Positions 30,744 to 40,229 of a DNA stretch of 64,000 bases are shown in pieces. A model generated the notes under the pieces. The model did not search any database. It saw only the letters and a program-made list of their open reading frames with translations, and was not told where the DNA came from. The DNA lies in NCBI GenBank assembly GCA_027493625.1, contig JAOSKM010000001.1, positions 1,812,657 to 1,876,656 on the forward strand. Direction: 5' to 3'. Origin of the DNA: Planctomycetota bacterium. Lineage in GTDB: Bacteria > Planctomycetota > UBA8742 > UBA2392. The stretch's first letter is position 1. Each line of letters opens with the position of its first letter. Position numbers and translations under genes: made by a program.

Positions 30744-32243
30744 TCAGGAGGGCTTGGCAGAAGCACCGGTCGGAGGTCGAGGCCGGCAGAGCAGGCGGAG
30801 AGTTGCTCCCAATGCGGCGATAAGCGACGCGTAATTCAGCCAGACGAGAGCGGCCAGCGCGGGTGTTCCGCGCAACCTCTCGGAGACAGCAAGTCGTGCA
30901 GGCAACAGATCGGGGGCCAGGGCCGCCCGGTCGCCCATCCCAGGATCTCCTGGAAAACTGCGATGCTCCAGCTCGCCGACCAAGCCCCAGTAGATGTTCG
31001 CGAAGCGCCTGGGCAGCCAGGCGTAGGGTTGCATTGGCTCAAGTCCCTGCCTGGTTCGGAACGTATCCTGCGCGTGCTCGAGGCGCGCGGGAAACACCGC
31101 TCCTGCCCACTGCACGGCCGCGCTGAGAATCAGCAACGAGAATACGAGGAGCCGCAACCGGCTGCGCCTCAAATGCAACCAGGCCATGCAGAGCACGGGA
31201 CCAACCAGCAGCACTCCGTGCATGAAGTAGCGGGGGCCCCAGGCGACGCCCACGGCGTGTCCGACGTAACGCGAATATCCAGCCAGCAGTACCGCATGCA
31301 GCAGGAAGCCGACCAGCGCCAACCATGCCGCAAGCCGCAGCCGCCGGGTCGTCCACGGCAGAAGCAGCAGCAGCGGCGCGAACCAGATCAGCCCGAAATC
31401 GGGAAGGAACAGCAAGTCCACAAGCAAACCGGCGTCGAGGGACCAACCGTCGTGCCCGACTTCCCAACCGGTTGTCCATGGATTTCCGAACCGGTAAGTG
31501 TTCCACCAGAAGAACAGCACAAGCGAAGGCGCGCTGCCGGCCAGGAACGCCGCCAGTGTCCGCAACCGCTGACGCCTCAGGCTGCAGGCCAGCCAGATGC
31601 ACAGAACAGCTGCCATGAACACGGCATTGGGGCGCAGGTTGGCGGTAAACGAGGTCAGCGCACCGGCGACGGCTGCCCACGCGTCGCCGCCCCCCTTCAA
31701 CCGGCGAAGCAGGCAGTAGAAGGCGCTCGCGAGCAGGGCGGCAACCAGCGCCTCTTCCTGCATGGAAAGCCCCCAGATCAGCCATGGAGTGCATGCCAGC
31801 AGCATGAGTGTAAGGAGTGCACTCCTGTGCGGAGCAATATGGAACTGGCGCAGTGCGCCGAACACCGCCCCGGCCAGGGCCAGGTTCACGGCGATGGTGT
31901 AAGCCAGCGCGATCAGCGCTTTTCTGACCATGTTGCCCCGGGAGGAATCCTTCACATCGCGAGGCATGCCGGTCAGCGCGACCAGAGGAACCAGCAACAG
32001 CGGCTGGCCAAGACCGTAGATGGAATAGCTTCGATCATCGCGCCCACGCGCGAAGAACATCGGCCAGTCGGCATCCGGTGCGGAGTTCAGGTTTCCTTGC
32101 GTCAAATCAACCGCGAGCTGAACGCGCAGTGCACCGTCAATCTGGTCGATGCCGGGGGCCTTGACCGCACAGGTGAGCATGACCACCGCCGCGAACAGCA
32201 GCGTACGAGGACTGAGTCGTTGCAGGAATCCGGTCTGGGACAA
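30744..32243 (-). CDS. polytopic membrane protein, probable GT-C fold glycosyltransferase (ArnT/PMT-like)
   Basis: About 12 hydrophobic helices, with an early conserved-looking loop FFARGRDDRSYSIYGLGQPLL. TTG start. The family call is tentative. Confidence 0.45.
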   Translation of the reverse strand: MSQTGFLQRLSPRTLLFAAVVMLTCAVKAPGIDQIDGALRVQLAVDLTQGNLNSAPDADWPMFFARGRDDRSYSIYGLGQPLLLVPLVALTGMPRDVKDSSRGNMVRKALIALAYTIAVNLALAGAVFGALRQFHIAPHRSALLTLMLLACTPWLIWGLSMQEEALVAALLASAFYCLLRRLKGGGDAWAAVAGALTSFTANLRPNAVFMAAVLCIWLACSLRRQRLRTLAAFLAGSAPSLVLFFWWNTYRFGNPWTTGWEVGHDGWSLDAGLLVDLLFLPDFGLIWFAPLLLLLPWTTRRLRLAAWLALVGFLLHAVLLAGYSRYVGHAVGVAWGPRYFMHGVLLVGPVLCMAWLHLRRSRLRLLVFSLLILSAAVQWAGAVFPARLEHAQDTFRTRQGLEPMQPYAWLPRRFANIYWGLVGELEHRSFPGDPGMGDRAALAPDLLPARLAVSERLRGTPALAALVWLNYASLIAALGATLRLLCRPRPPTGASAKPS

Positions 32244-32390
32244 TCCCGATCCTCAAGCGGTGCTGAAGTGCGGAGCCAGTCTGGCTGTGGAACTGCCCAA
32301 ACACAATCCCGCTCAAGAATTGTGCGTGCTGTTGCCGAAAGCCGGATAGCCCGTGTCGTCGCGGGTGGGTTGTCATCGAGGGGAGTCACC

Positions 32391-34811
32391 ATGGCCGGCA
32401 AATCTCTGAGCGCTCGCGCATCCATCGCCATCGACCGCGTCGGCAAGCTGTTCAAGCGCGAGATGCTGCAGGAATGCGCCGCCCTGAGCCTGATCCTCGT
32501 CGTCGCCTTCCTGATCCTCAGCATCGTCAGCTACGACCCGGCCGACATCCCCGGCGCCGTCTGGCCCCTCAACGACCAGCCCAACAACCTGGGCGGGCGC
32601 ATCGGCGCCGTGGTCGTGCACCTGGGCTACACATTTCTCGGCGTCGGCACCTACCTGCTGGTGGGGGTGCTGGGCGTGTACGCCTCATTGATCTTCTTCC
32701 GGCGCAAGGCCGCCGACTGGCCCGTGCGCTTGATCGGCACGGCCATGCTGGTGGGGACCTTCGCAGCCCTGTTCGGCGACAGCTACGCCGATTCCGGCAT
32801 CATGCCCAGCCGCGGCGGCGTGATCGGCACCACCATCTTCGGCCTGCTGAACGCCAACTTCGGCATGACCGGCACCTACCTGGTGCTGGCCTTCACGGCG
32901 CTGCTCAGCTTCCTGCTCGCGACCGACATCCTGTTCTACCCGATCATCCGCGACCTGCTGCACCCGCTGGGCGATGAGTCCGAGATCAGCGGCCCCATCA
33001 CCAGCATCCCCGAGCCCATCACGGCCGACGAAGAAGAAGAGCAGAAGGACTCCAGGGGCTGGATCATGCGCCTGCTGCGGCGCGGCGACGACGACGCCGA
33101 GGAAGCCGAGGAAACCGAGGACGACAGCGCCGTCGAGTTCGACCCCGACATCGCGCTGATCCCCGTTGAGCAGCCGGCCCCCGCGCCAGAGCCCGAGAAG
33201 CAGGGCGGCCGTCGCCCCGTGGTGGTCAGGCGCGAGCCCGCGGAGGAAGCCAGCCCCGAGGAATGGGAAGAGGCCCTTGAGCGCTACCAGCTTCCCGAGG
33301 TGGCGATGCTGAACACCTCCAGGAAGAAGGACAGCCAGGGCGCCCGCGCCGAGATGCAGCGCGCCGCCGAGATCATCTACCAGACCTTCAAGGCCTTCCG
33401 CATCGAGGTGCGCGTGACCGACTACGTGCGCGGCCCGACCGTGACGACCTACGAGATGGAAATCCCGCCCGACGTCATGATCAACAAGGTGGACCGCTGC
33501 AAGCAGAACCTGGCGCTGAACCTGCGGGTCGAGACCGTGCGCATGGTGACCACCGCGGGCAAGAGCACGATCGGCGTCGAGGTGCCGAACCAGACCCGCG
33601 AGATGGTGGGCTTCCGCGAGATCCTGGAAACCCCGGAGTTCGAGAAGGCGCGCGGGAAGATGGAGCTGCCCATGGCGTTCGGCAAGGACGCGCTGGGCCA
33701 GCCGGTGATCCGCGACCTGGCCACCATGCCGCACCTGCTGGTGGGCGGCGCGACCGGCCAGGGCAAGTCGGTGTTCGAGAACGTGATGCTGGCGAGCCTG
33801 CTGATGAGCTGCTCGCCGTACCAGCTGCGGCTGGTGATGGTGGACCCCAAGCAGGTCGAGTTCACGCCCTACGCGGACGTGCCGCACCTGCTGGCGCCGG
33901 TGATCGACGACTCGCGCCGCGCGGTCAGCGTGTTCGAGTGGGTGGTGGAAGAGATGGAGCGCCGCTACAGCCTGCTCAAGAACGCCGGCGTGCGCAAGCT
34001 GACCGAATACAACGAGCTCTCGCAGAAAGAGCTCAACAAGCGCATGGCCGCCAACGGCGTGGACCCGGAAAGCGTGCCCAACCAGCTGCCGTACATCGTG
34101 TGCATCGTGGACGAGCTGGCGGACCTGATCCTGGTGGCCGGCGACACCAAGGTGGACGAGATGATCGCCCGCATCGCCGCCAAGGCGCGCGCCGCCGGCA
34201 TTCACCTGGTGCTGGTGACGCAGAGCCCGCGCAGCGACGTGCTGACCGGCCTGATCAAGGCCAACATCCCCGCCCGCGTCTCTTTACGCGTCAATACCGG
34301 CACGGAATCGCGCATCGTGCTGGACCAGACCGGCGCCGAGGACCTGCTGGGCAAGGGCGACCTGCTGATGGTCATGCCCGGCGAGCCCAAGGCCCTGCGC
34401 GTGCAGAGCGCTTACATCGCCGACGACGAGCTGAACCGCGTGCTCGACAACCTGCGCAGCCAGCTCAAGCCCAACTACGTGATCGACCCCAGCAACCTGT
34501 CGGATCCCGGCCAGGGCGGCGGCTCGGGCGGCGGCATCGGCGAGCTGGACCCCGACTTCGTGCGCGCCGTGGACGAGATCCTGGCCGCCGGCCGAGGCTC
34601 CGCCAGCTTCCTGCGCACGGCCATGGGGCTGGGCCACACGCGGGCCACGCGCATCATCATCCAGATGGAGAAGGCCGGCATTCTCGGCCCCGCGCGCGGC
34701 AGCAAGGAGCGCGAGATCATGATCAGCTTCGAGGAATGGGAAGCCCGCAAGCAGGCAGGCGACCCGGCCGGCCAGGGCGGCGGAATCTACGACAGCATGG
34801 TAGCAGCATGA
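32391..34811 (+). CDS. ftsK: DNA translocase FtsK
   Basis: ATG 32391 is in frame inside the 1387-aa ORF. There are four N-terminal TM helices, an acidic/Pro linker, the Walker A GATGQGKS, and a C-terminal gamma winged helix (RIIIQMEKAGILGP). Confidence 0.9.
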   Translation: MAGKSLSARASIAIDRVGKLFKREMLQECAALSLILVVAFLILSIVSYDPADIPGAVWPLNDQPNNLGGRIGAVVVHLGYTFLGVGTYLLVGVLGVYASLIFFRRKAADWPVRLIGTAMLVGTFAALFGDSYADSGIMPSRGGVIGTTIFGLLNANFGMTGTYLVLAFTALLSFLLATDILFYPIIRDLLHPLGDESEISGPITSIPEPITADEEEEQKDSRGWIMRLLRRGDDDAEEAEETEDDSAVEFDPDIALIPVEQPAPAPEPEKQGGRRPVVVRREPAEEASPEEWEEALERYQLPEVAMLNTSRKKDSQGARAEMQRAAEIIYQTFKAFRIEVRVTDYVRGPTVTTYEMEIPPDVMINKVDRCKQNLALNLRVETVRMVTTAGKSTIGVEVPNQTREMVGFREILETPEFEKARGKMELPMAFGKDALGQPVIRDLATMPHLLVGGATGQGKSVFENVMLASLLMSCSPYQLRLVMVDPKQVEFTPYADVPHLLAPVIDDSRRAVSVFEWVVEEMERRYSLLKNAGVRKLTEYNELSQKELNKRMAANGVDPESVPNQLPYIVCIVDELADLILVAGDTKVDEMIARIAAKARAAGIHLVLVTQSPRSDVLTGLIKANIPARVSLRVNTGTESRIVLDQTGAEDLLGKGDLLMVMPGEPKALRVQSAYIADDELNRVLDNLRSQLKPNYVIDPSNLSDPGQGGGSGGGIGELDPDFVRAVDEILAAGRGSASFLRTAMGLGHTRATRIIIQMEKAGILGPARGSKEREIMISFEEWEARKQAGDPAGQGGGIYDSMVAA

Positions 34812-34822
34812 GTTATCAGGCA

Positions 34823-34871
34823 GGAGGCGGGAGGCGGGAGCTAACTGCAGTAACTCCCGCCTCCCGCCTCC
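34823..34871 (+). terminator. perfect 18-bp-stem hairpin built from heptamer repeats, 3' of ftsK
   Basis: ggaggcgggaggcgggag / ctcccgcctcccgcctcc. The loop is centred on palindromic actgcagt. It is followed by ...gcctttatt. Confidence 0.6.
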
Positions 34872-34900
34872 AAACTCCCGCCTTTATTGGAGATGACCTA

Positions 34901-35314
34901 ATGAGAGTGATGAACTGGCTCACCGACCGTGCTAAGTGGCTCGTCCCCGCCGGTGTGGCTTTCTGCCTGGCCTTGCTGGCGTTCGACCTGGTTGCCTTCT
35001 GGGCTTTCGGTCGGCGGCCTTTGGTCAGCAGCGACGAAACCAGCTGGCTGCTGTGGGCGCTGATGATCGGCTCGGCCGTGACCTACGCCGCGCGCTGGAA
35101 GATCGCGGGCGAAGCGCGCATGCGCGTGTCCCTGGCGGCCGCATTGGCGACCATGGTGCTGGTGTCGGCGACGCACCCCTGGCTGAACGGCTGGGGCCGC
35201 GACGCCGCGCAGCCCGTGGCGCCCACACTGCTGGAGAACCCGCAAACCCGCGCCCACGAAGCCCTGGTGTTCGCCGGCGGCCCGCTCAGCGAGCCGGAAG
35301 CAAGCCGCTGGTAA
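34901..35314 (+). CDS. hypothetical membrane protein (137 aa)
   Basis: ATG 34901. Three hydrophobic helices (WLVPAGVAFCLALLAFDLVAFWAF...). Confidence 0.4.
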   Translation: MRVMNWLTDRAKWLVPAGVAFCLALLAFDLVAFWAFGRRPLVSSDETSWLLWALMIGSAVTYAARWKIAGEARMRVSLAAALATMVLVSATHPWLNGWGRDAAQPVAPTLLENPQTRAHEALVFAGGPLSEPEASRW

Positions 35315-35315
35315 C

Positions 35316-35338
35316 GGAACGCGGACGTCCCGTCCGCA
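35316..35338. repeat. REP family D copy (inverted)
   Basis: ggaacgcggacgtcccgtccgca is the reverse complement of 29086-29108 with 1 mismatch. Confidence 0.8.
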
Positions 35339-35347
35339 TTGCCAGCC

Positions 35348-35437
35348 AAAGCTCGGGATGCCAATCCCGGGCAAGCTGACCTGTGGTTCCGACTCAACGC
35401 TGACTTGCCCGGGGTTGGTACCCCGGGCTTCGGTTTT
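35348..35437. repeat. REP family C palindromic dimer
   Basis: Two family C units lie head-to-head: cgggatgccaatcccgggcaag...cttgcccggggttggtaccccgggcttcggtttt. Confidence 0.8.
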
Positions 35438-35442
35438 CATCC

Positions 35443-36195
35443 CTAGAACCGCAAACTGAGGCGGGCGTACTCGAAGTAGACGCCGACTGCGCCCTTGGTC
35501 TTCGTCTCTATGTTGTCGTCGTGCTCGTGCTTGCTGCCGCCGACCGTGCCGTACAGGTACAGGCCGAAACCCACGCCGATCAGGTTGGTCAGGTAGAAGT
35601 CAATGCCTGCGCCGCCTGCGATCAGGTAGAAGATGTCCGAGTACTTCACGTCCTTGGTGTCGCCGGTGCCCGGCACGTCGGCGTCCTCCGTTGCCGCGAA
35701 GTACGCGAAGCCCGCGGGGTACAGCGCCACGAACGGGCGGAACCAGTCCGTGATCTCGACGTCTTCGAAATCCAGCACGAACTTCGCGCCCAGCAGCACG
35801 CTGACGGCCAGCGCGTCGCCGCCGTTGTGTTCCGGCCGACCGAGAATGCCGTAACTGATCGAGAAATGGGCGCCCGCGGCCAGCCACGGGGTGAAGTAAA
35901 AGTCGAAGAAGCCGCCGAAGGTGACGCCCAGTGCCGCGCTGTTGATGCCCAAGGTGGCCCCTGTGCCGAACATCTGGTCGGCGCTTTCGCGGGGCGACTC
36001 CATGATCGGCGCGCGCAGCAGCGGGTCGAGGTCGAAGTCGCCGTCAAAGGCGACAGCGCGAGTCTCGGCCTGCTGCTCGAACAGATTCACGGCGCGCAGG
36101 TTGCGGTTCGCGGCAAACGACCGCTCGAAGCCCTCATCGGCGTGCAGCAGCGGGCACAGCGCCAGCGCCGCAGCCACCAGCAACAGGTACCTCAT
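35443..36195 (-). CDS. outer-membrane beta-barrel (porin-like) protein
   Basis: AGGAGG RBS. Signal peptide MRYLLLVAAALALCPLLHA. Alternating Gly/aromatic beta-strand pattern. The C-terminus ends in F (..ARLSLRF). Confidence 0.6.
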   Translation of the reverse strand: MRYLLLVAAALALCPLLHADEGFERSFAANRNLRAVNLFEQQAETRAVAFDGDFDLDPLLRAPIMESPRESADQMFGTGATLGINSAALGVTFGGFFDFYFTPWLAAGAHFSISYGILGRPEHNGGDALAVSVLLGAKFVLDFEDVEITDWFRPFVALYPAGFAYFAATEDADVPGTGDTKDVKYSDIFYLIAGGAGIDFYLTNLIGVGFGLYLYGTVGGSKHEHDDNIETKTKGAVGVYFEYARLSLRF

Positions 36196-36390
36196 GGCCC
36201 AGCCTCCTTTCCGTGTAAGGCTCTGCTTGGTTGGACCACCCATTGTGCCCGGCGCGGGGGGCGCTGCCAACCGCTTTTCGCGCGCCCGCCCTGTTGACGT
36301 GTCAATATGCGGCGGCATGCTGCCGGGCCTGAATTCCCTTTGCAGCGCGGCATGCCCACGCTATGCAGTAGGGCCACGAAAGGAGCCGCC

Positions 36391-38949
36391 ATGACCGACG
36401 TTGTCCGCCTCACCGAGCTCGGCATCCACCAGGGCGCCGACTTCACACTGCCCGGCGCCGAGGCCCACTACCCGCCCGACCTCGAGCTCGAGCCCCTGCA
36501 CCTCGACATCGCGCTCAGCATCGACATCCCGCACCGCACGGCCGAGGGCGTCGTCACCAGCACCATCCGCGCCCACCGCGCGGGGCCCGCGGCCGTCAAG
36601 CTGCACGCCGTGGACTTCGAACAGGTAGAAGCGCGCGACGCCGACGGCCGCGAACTGACTTTCCGCTACGACGGCAAGCAGCTCCACGCCGAGTGGCAGC
36701 AGCCGTTCAAGGCCGGCGAAGAGCGCAAGCTGGTGGTGAAGTACAAGGTGGTCAAGCCGGTCACCGGCCTGTTCTTCAGCTCGCCCGACAGGGACTACCC
36801 CAAGGCCGGCACCTGGGCCGCCACGGACCACGAGACGGAACGCGCCCGCCACTGGCTGCCCTGCATCGACCTGCCCAACGTGCGCCCGACGCTCAGCTTT
36901 CACCTGACCGCGCTGAAGGACTACACCATCCTCGCCAACGGCGAGCTGGTTAAAGAGGAAGCCCACGAAGACGGCACCAAGACCGCGCACTGGGAGCTCA
37001 AGCAGCGCTGCCCCAGCTACATCACCTGTTTTGCCGTCGGCGACTTCACCCGCTGCGACGACGGCGAGCACAACGGCAAGCCCATCGCCTACTTCGCCGA
37101 TCGCAACTGGAAGCCCGAGGACCTGAAGCGCACCTTCGGCCGCACCGGCGCCATGCTGGACTGGATGACGAAGAAACTCGACGACCCCTACCCGTTCCCC
37201 AAGTACTACCAGTTCGCGCTGCCGGGCATCGGCGGCGCCATGGAGAACATCTCGCTGGTGAGCTGGGACGACATGCTGGTGCTGGACGAAACGCTCAGCA
37301 AGGAGTGGGGCTGGACCGTCGACCAGATCAACCTGCACGAGATGGCGCACTCCTGGTTCGGTGACCACATCGTGTGCCGCGACTTCGCCCACGCCTGGCT
37401 GAAGGAAAGCTGGGCCGTCTACATGGAGACCTGCTACCTCGAGGACACCAGGGGCGCCGTCGAGCGCGACTTCGACTTCTACACCAATTTGCAGGCCTAC
37501 CTCGGTGAGGCCGACGGCTCGTACATGCGGCCGATCGCGACCCGCAAGTTCGACCACAGCTGGAGCATGTACGACCGCCACCTTTACCCGGGCGGCGCGG
37601 TGCGCCTGCACATGCTGCGGCGCGAGTTGGGCGACGACACCTTCTGGGCCGGCGTGCGCGACTACGTGAAGCGCTACGGCGGCAAGGTGGTCGAGACTGA
37701 CGACTTCCGCAAGGTGCTGGAAGAGCACTCAGGCCGTTCGCTGGTGAAGTGGTTCGACCAGTGGATCATGAACAAGGGCTACCCGGCGCTGAAGGCGAGC
37801 TTCAGCTACGACAGCAAGAAGGGCGAAGGAACCTTCGAGATCGAGCAGACCCAGCACGCCAAGAACAAAGAGCTGCCGCTGTTCGAGCTTGTGACCGACA
37901 TCGGCTGGGTGATCGACGGCAAGCTGCACACCCGCGAAATCAAGCTGGAGAAGGACAAGCACTCGTTCATCGTGAAAATGGAGCGCGAGCCCGAGCAGGT
38001 GCGGCTTGATCCCCTGGTGCGCACGGTGTGCAAGATCGAGTTCAACCCCGGCGACGAAAAGCTGCGCAGGCAGCTGACCGGCGCGGCCGACGTGGTCGGG
38101 CGGATTCTGGCCGCCGCTGAGCTGTGCAAGACCGGCAAGCGCGCGAACATCGAGGCCGTGCGCGACGCGTACAAGGCCGAGAAGTTCTGGGGCGTGCGTG
38201 TGCGCTTCGCCGGCGCGCTGGCCGGCGCCAACAGCCACGCGGCCGTGGAGGCGCTGGCCGAGCTGCTGGGGCATGAGCAGGACGGCATGGTGTGCGAGAC
38301 GCTGGTGCGCGCGGCCGGGCAGTACCGCGACCCGCTGATTCGCGAGGCGTTGCTGAAGTTCATCGAGAGCGGCCCGAAGCTGTACCGCGCGCGCGGCGCG
38401 ACCTGGGAGATGCTGGGCGCCCAGCGCGAGGACGCGCCGTTCGAGAAGCTGGCGCAGGCCGCGAAGCAGGAAACGCCCCTGGGCTGGGAGCAGCAGGGAG
38501 CGTTCCGGGCGCTGGCGGAGTCGCGCAGGCCGGAAGCCCTGCCGCTGCTTATTGACGCGTCAAGATACGGCGCGACCAGCAACCGCGCGCGCCACGCGGC
38601 GGCTTCGTCGCTGGGCGCTGTGGCCAAACACGCCGAGCGCCATGACCGGGAAAGGGCCGTCGAGAAACTGGCCGACCTGCTGCGCGATCCCAACCAGCGC
38701 GTGCAGAAGTTCGCCATGGGCGGGCTGCAGGCCGCGGGCGCGGACGAGGCGCTGCGACAGCTGGAGGCCTGGGGCCGCGGCCTCAGCGAGCAGGAGCAGA
38801 CGGCCGTCAAGCGCGCGGCGGCGGGCATCCGGGCAAGCGTGAAGCCCAAGGCCGCGGCGCACGACAAGCAGCTCGACGAGTTCAGGGAGACCATGCGCAA
38901 GCTGAACGACCGCATTGAAAAGCTGGAGGCGGAAACGAAGAAGGCGTAG
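36391..38949 (+). CDS. M1 family aminopeptidase (aminopeptidase N-like) with C-terminal HEAT-like repeats
   Basis: AGGAG RBS. GAMEN and HEMAHSWFGD-x18-E zinc motifs are present. The start is at 36391 inside ORF 36307-38949. Confidence 0.85.
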   Translation: MTDVVRLTELGIHQGADFTLPGAEAHYPPDLELEPLHLDIALSIDIPHRTAEGVVTSTIRAHRAGPAAVKLHAVDFEQVEARDADGRELTFRYDGKQLHAEWQQPFKAGEERKLVVKYKVVKPVTGLFFSSPDRDYPKAGTWAATDHETERARHWLPCIDLPNVRPTLSFHLTALKDYTILANGELVKEEAHEDGTKTAHWELKQRCPSYITCFAVGDFTRCDDGEHNGKPIAYFADRNWKPEDLKRTFGRTGAMLDWMTKKLDDPYPFPKYYQFALPGIGGAMENISLVSWDDMLVLDETLSKEWGWTVDQINLHEMAHSWFGDHIVCRDFAHAWLKESWAVYMETCYLEDTRGAVERDFDFYTNLQAYLGEADGSYMRPIATRKFDHSWSMYDRHLYPGGAVRLHMLRRELGDDTFWAGVRDYVKRYGGKVVETDDFRKVLEEHSGRSLVKWFDQWIMNKGYPALKASFSYDSKKGEGTFEIEQTQHAKNKELPLFELVTDIGWVIDGKLHTREIKLEKDKHSFIVKMEREPEQVRLDPLVRTVCKIEFNPGDEKLRRQLTGAADVVGRILAAAELCKTGKRANIEAVRDAYKAEKFWGVRVRFAGALAGANSHAAVEALAELLGHEQDGMVCETLVRAAGQYRDPLIREALLKFIESGPKLYRARGATWEMLGAQREDAPFEKLAQAAKQETPLGWEQQGAFRALAESRRPEALPLLIDASRYGATSNRARHAAASSLGAVAKHAERHDRERAVEKLADLLRDPNQRVQKFAMGGLQAAGADEALRQLEAWGRGLSEQEQTAVKRAAAGIRASVKPKAAAHDKQLDEFRETMRKLNDRIEKLEAETKKA

Positions 38950-39003
38950 GTCCGTGGGGGCGCGTCACACAGCCTTCGCGGCGTTTGGGATCATGGCAAC
39001 AGC

Positions 39004-39087
39004 GAATTACCAATTACCAATAACCAATTACCAATTTCCGAGGGGGTCTCGGGACAATTGGTAATTGAAAACTGGTTATTGGTAATT
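39004..39087. terminator. long hairpin built from AATTACC-type heptamers between convergent genes
   Basis: aattaccaataaccaattaccaatt pairs with aattggtaattg-aaaa-ctggttattggtaatt. An inner ccgag/ctcgg stem is also present. Confidence 0.6.
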
Positions 39088-39106
39088 TGCTGTTCAAGCC
39101 AGCTGC

Positions 39107-39546
39107 CTACAGGCTGCCGGACGCTTCGGCCACGCTCAGGCCAACGTACAGGACCGCGCCGATCACCTGCCAGCTGATGCCGATGATGATGCCGGCCAGC
39201 GCCAGACCTTCGCCCGCCTGGCGACGCTTGGCCTCAGCCATCCCGATCGCACAGCAGATGATTCCCGGCATGGACGTACAACCCAGCAGCGCCAGCCAGA
39301 ATCCGGCCGTCACGATGCCGGGCGTGATGCCCATCTGCGGATTAGCCATGCCGTAGGGATTGGGCCCCTGGCCGCCGTACTGCGGCGGGTATGGGACGGG
39401 TCCCTGCGGCGGCCCCTGGTACGGGCCGCGCGGGTAGTTGCCGCCCACGGGCGGGCCCTGGTACGGGCCCTGCGGGTAGTTGCCGCCGACCGGCTGCTGT
39501 GGGTTGTTCTGGGGCTGGTAGCCCCCTGCTGGTTGTAGCCGGCCAT
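39107..39546 (-). CDS. DUF4190-like membrane protein with Gly/Pro/Tyr/Gln-rich N-terminal repeats, split by a 1-nt frameshift
   Basis: AGGAGA RBS before ATG 39546. MAGYNQQG|GYQPQNNPQQPVGGNYPQGPYQGPPVGGNYPRGPYQGPP... reads through if the C5 run at 39522-39526 is C6. The TM core reads GIVTAGFWLALLG...LALAGIIIGISW. Confidence 0.65.
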
Positions 39547-39580
39547 GGCGCGTCTCCTGGTATTGCCGCTACAGGATAGT

Positions 39581-40144
39581 TCAGGGCGCGGCGCCGGCCA
39601 ATGCCGCAACTTCCTCGGGCGTGAGCCAGCGCCAGTGGCTGCTGGGGATGTCGAGTTTGATGGGACCGAACGAGAGGCGCTTGAGTTCCAGCACCTTGAG
39701 GGGCTTGCTGGTCGTGGCATCTTTCAGCGCGCCGAACATGCGGCGGACCTGGCGGTTCTTGCCTTCGTCCAGCGTCACCAGCAGCCGCGACTTGGGGCCG
39801 GTGCCGCCCCTGGCCTCGACGGACTTGGCGCGCATCTCGCCCTCGGCGGTCTGCGCGCCGCGCTTGAGCTGGTTGAGCTGGTCGTCAGACACACGGCCGC
39901 GCACCCAGACCTCGTAGGTCTTGTCGTGCGTCCCCGGCCGCGCGAGGCGTTCCTGCAGCTTGCCGTCGCGCACGAACAGCAGCAGGCCGCGGGAATCAAG
40001 GTCAAGGCGGCCGACCGGTTTCCAGCCCTCGGCCAGCACCCAGTCAGGCAGCAGGTCAAACACAGTACGCCGCCCCAGCTCATCAGAGCGAGTAACCAGA
40101 CACCCGCGAGGCTTATGGAACATGAAGATGGGGGTGGCGGTCAT
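39581..40144 (-). CDS. RsuA/RluE-family pseudouridine synthase (no S4 domain)
   Basis: FHKPRGCLV...PVGRLDLDSRGLLLF...KTYEV..GKNRQVRRMF. The start is uncertain (ATG 40144 or GTG 40162). Confidence 0.8.
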   Translation of the reverse strand: MTATPIFMFHKPRGCLVTRSDELGRRTVFDLLPDWVLAEGWKPVGRLDLDSRGLLLFVRDGKLQERLARPGTHDKTYEVWVRGRVSDDQLNQLKRGAQTAEGEMRAKSVEARGGTGPKSRLLVTLDEGKNRQVRRMFGALKDATTSKPLKVLELKRLSFGPIKLDIPSSHWRWLTPEEVAALAGAAP

Positions 40145-40229
40145 AGGCAAAGACGACCGCACGTTCCGGTCGCGAAATCAAGTACCCGGCCGTGATCAGC
40201 AGGCTGTACTCCACGATACTCCACCTCTT

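Noticed and set aside
30648-32390. The first 581 codons of the 1387-aa ORF, as a giant N-terminal extension of FtsK
   Set aside because: This part is Arg/Gln/Pro-rich low-complexity sequence antisense to a convincing polytopic membrane gene (30744-32243). FtsK begins naturally at ATG 32391 with its TM helices.
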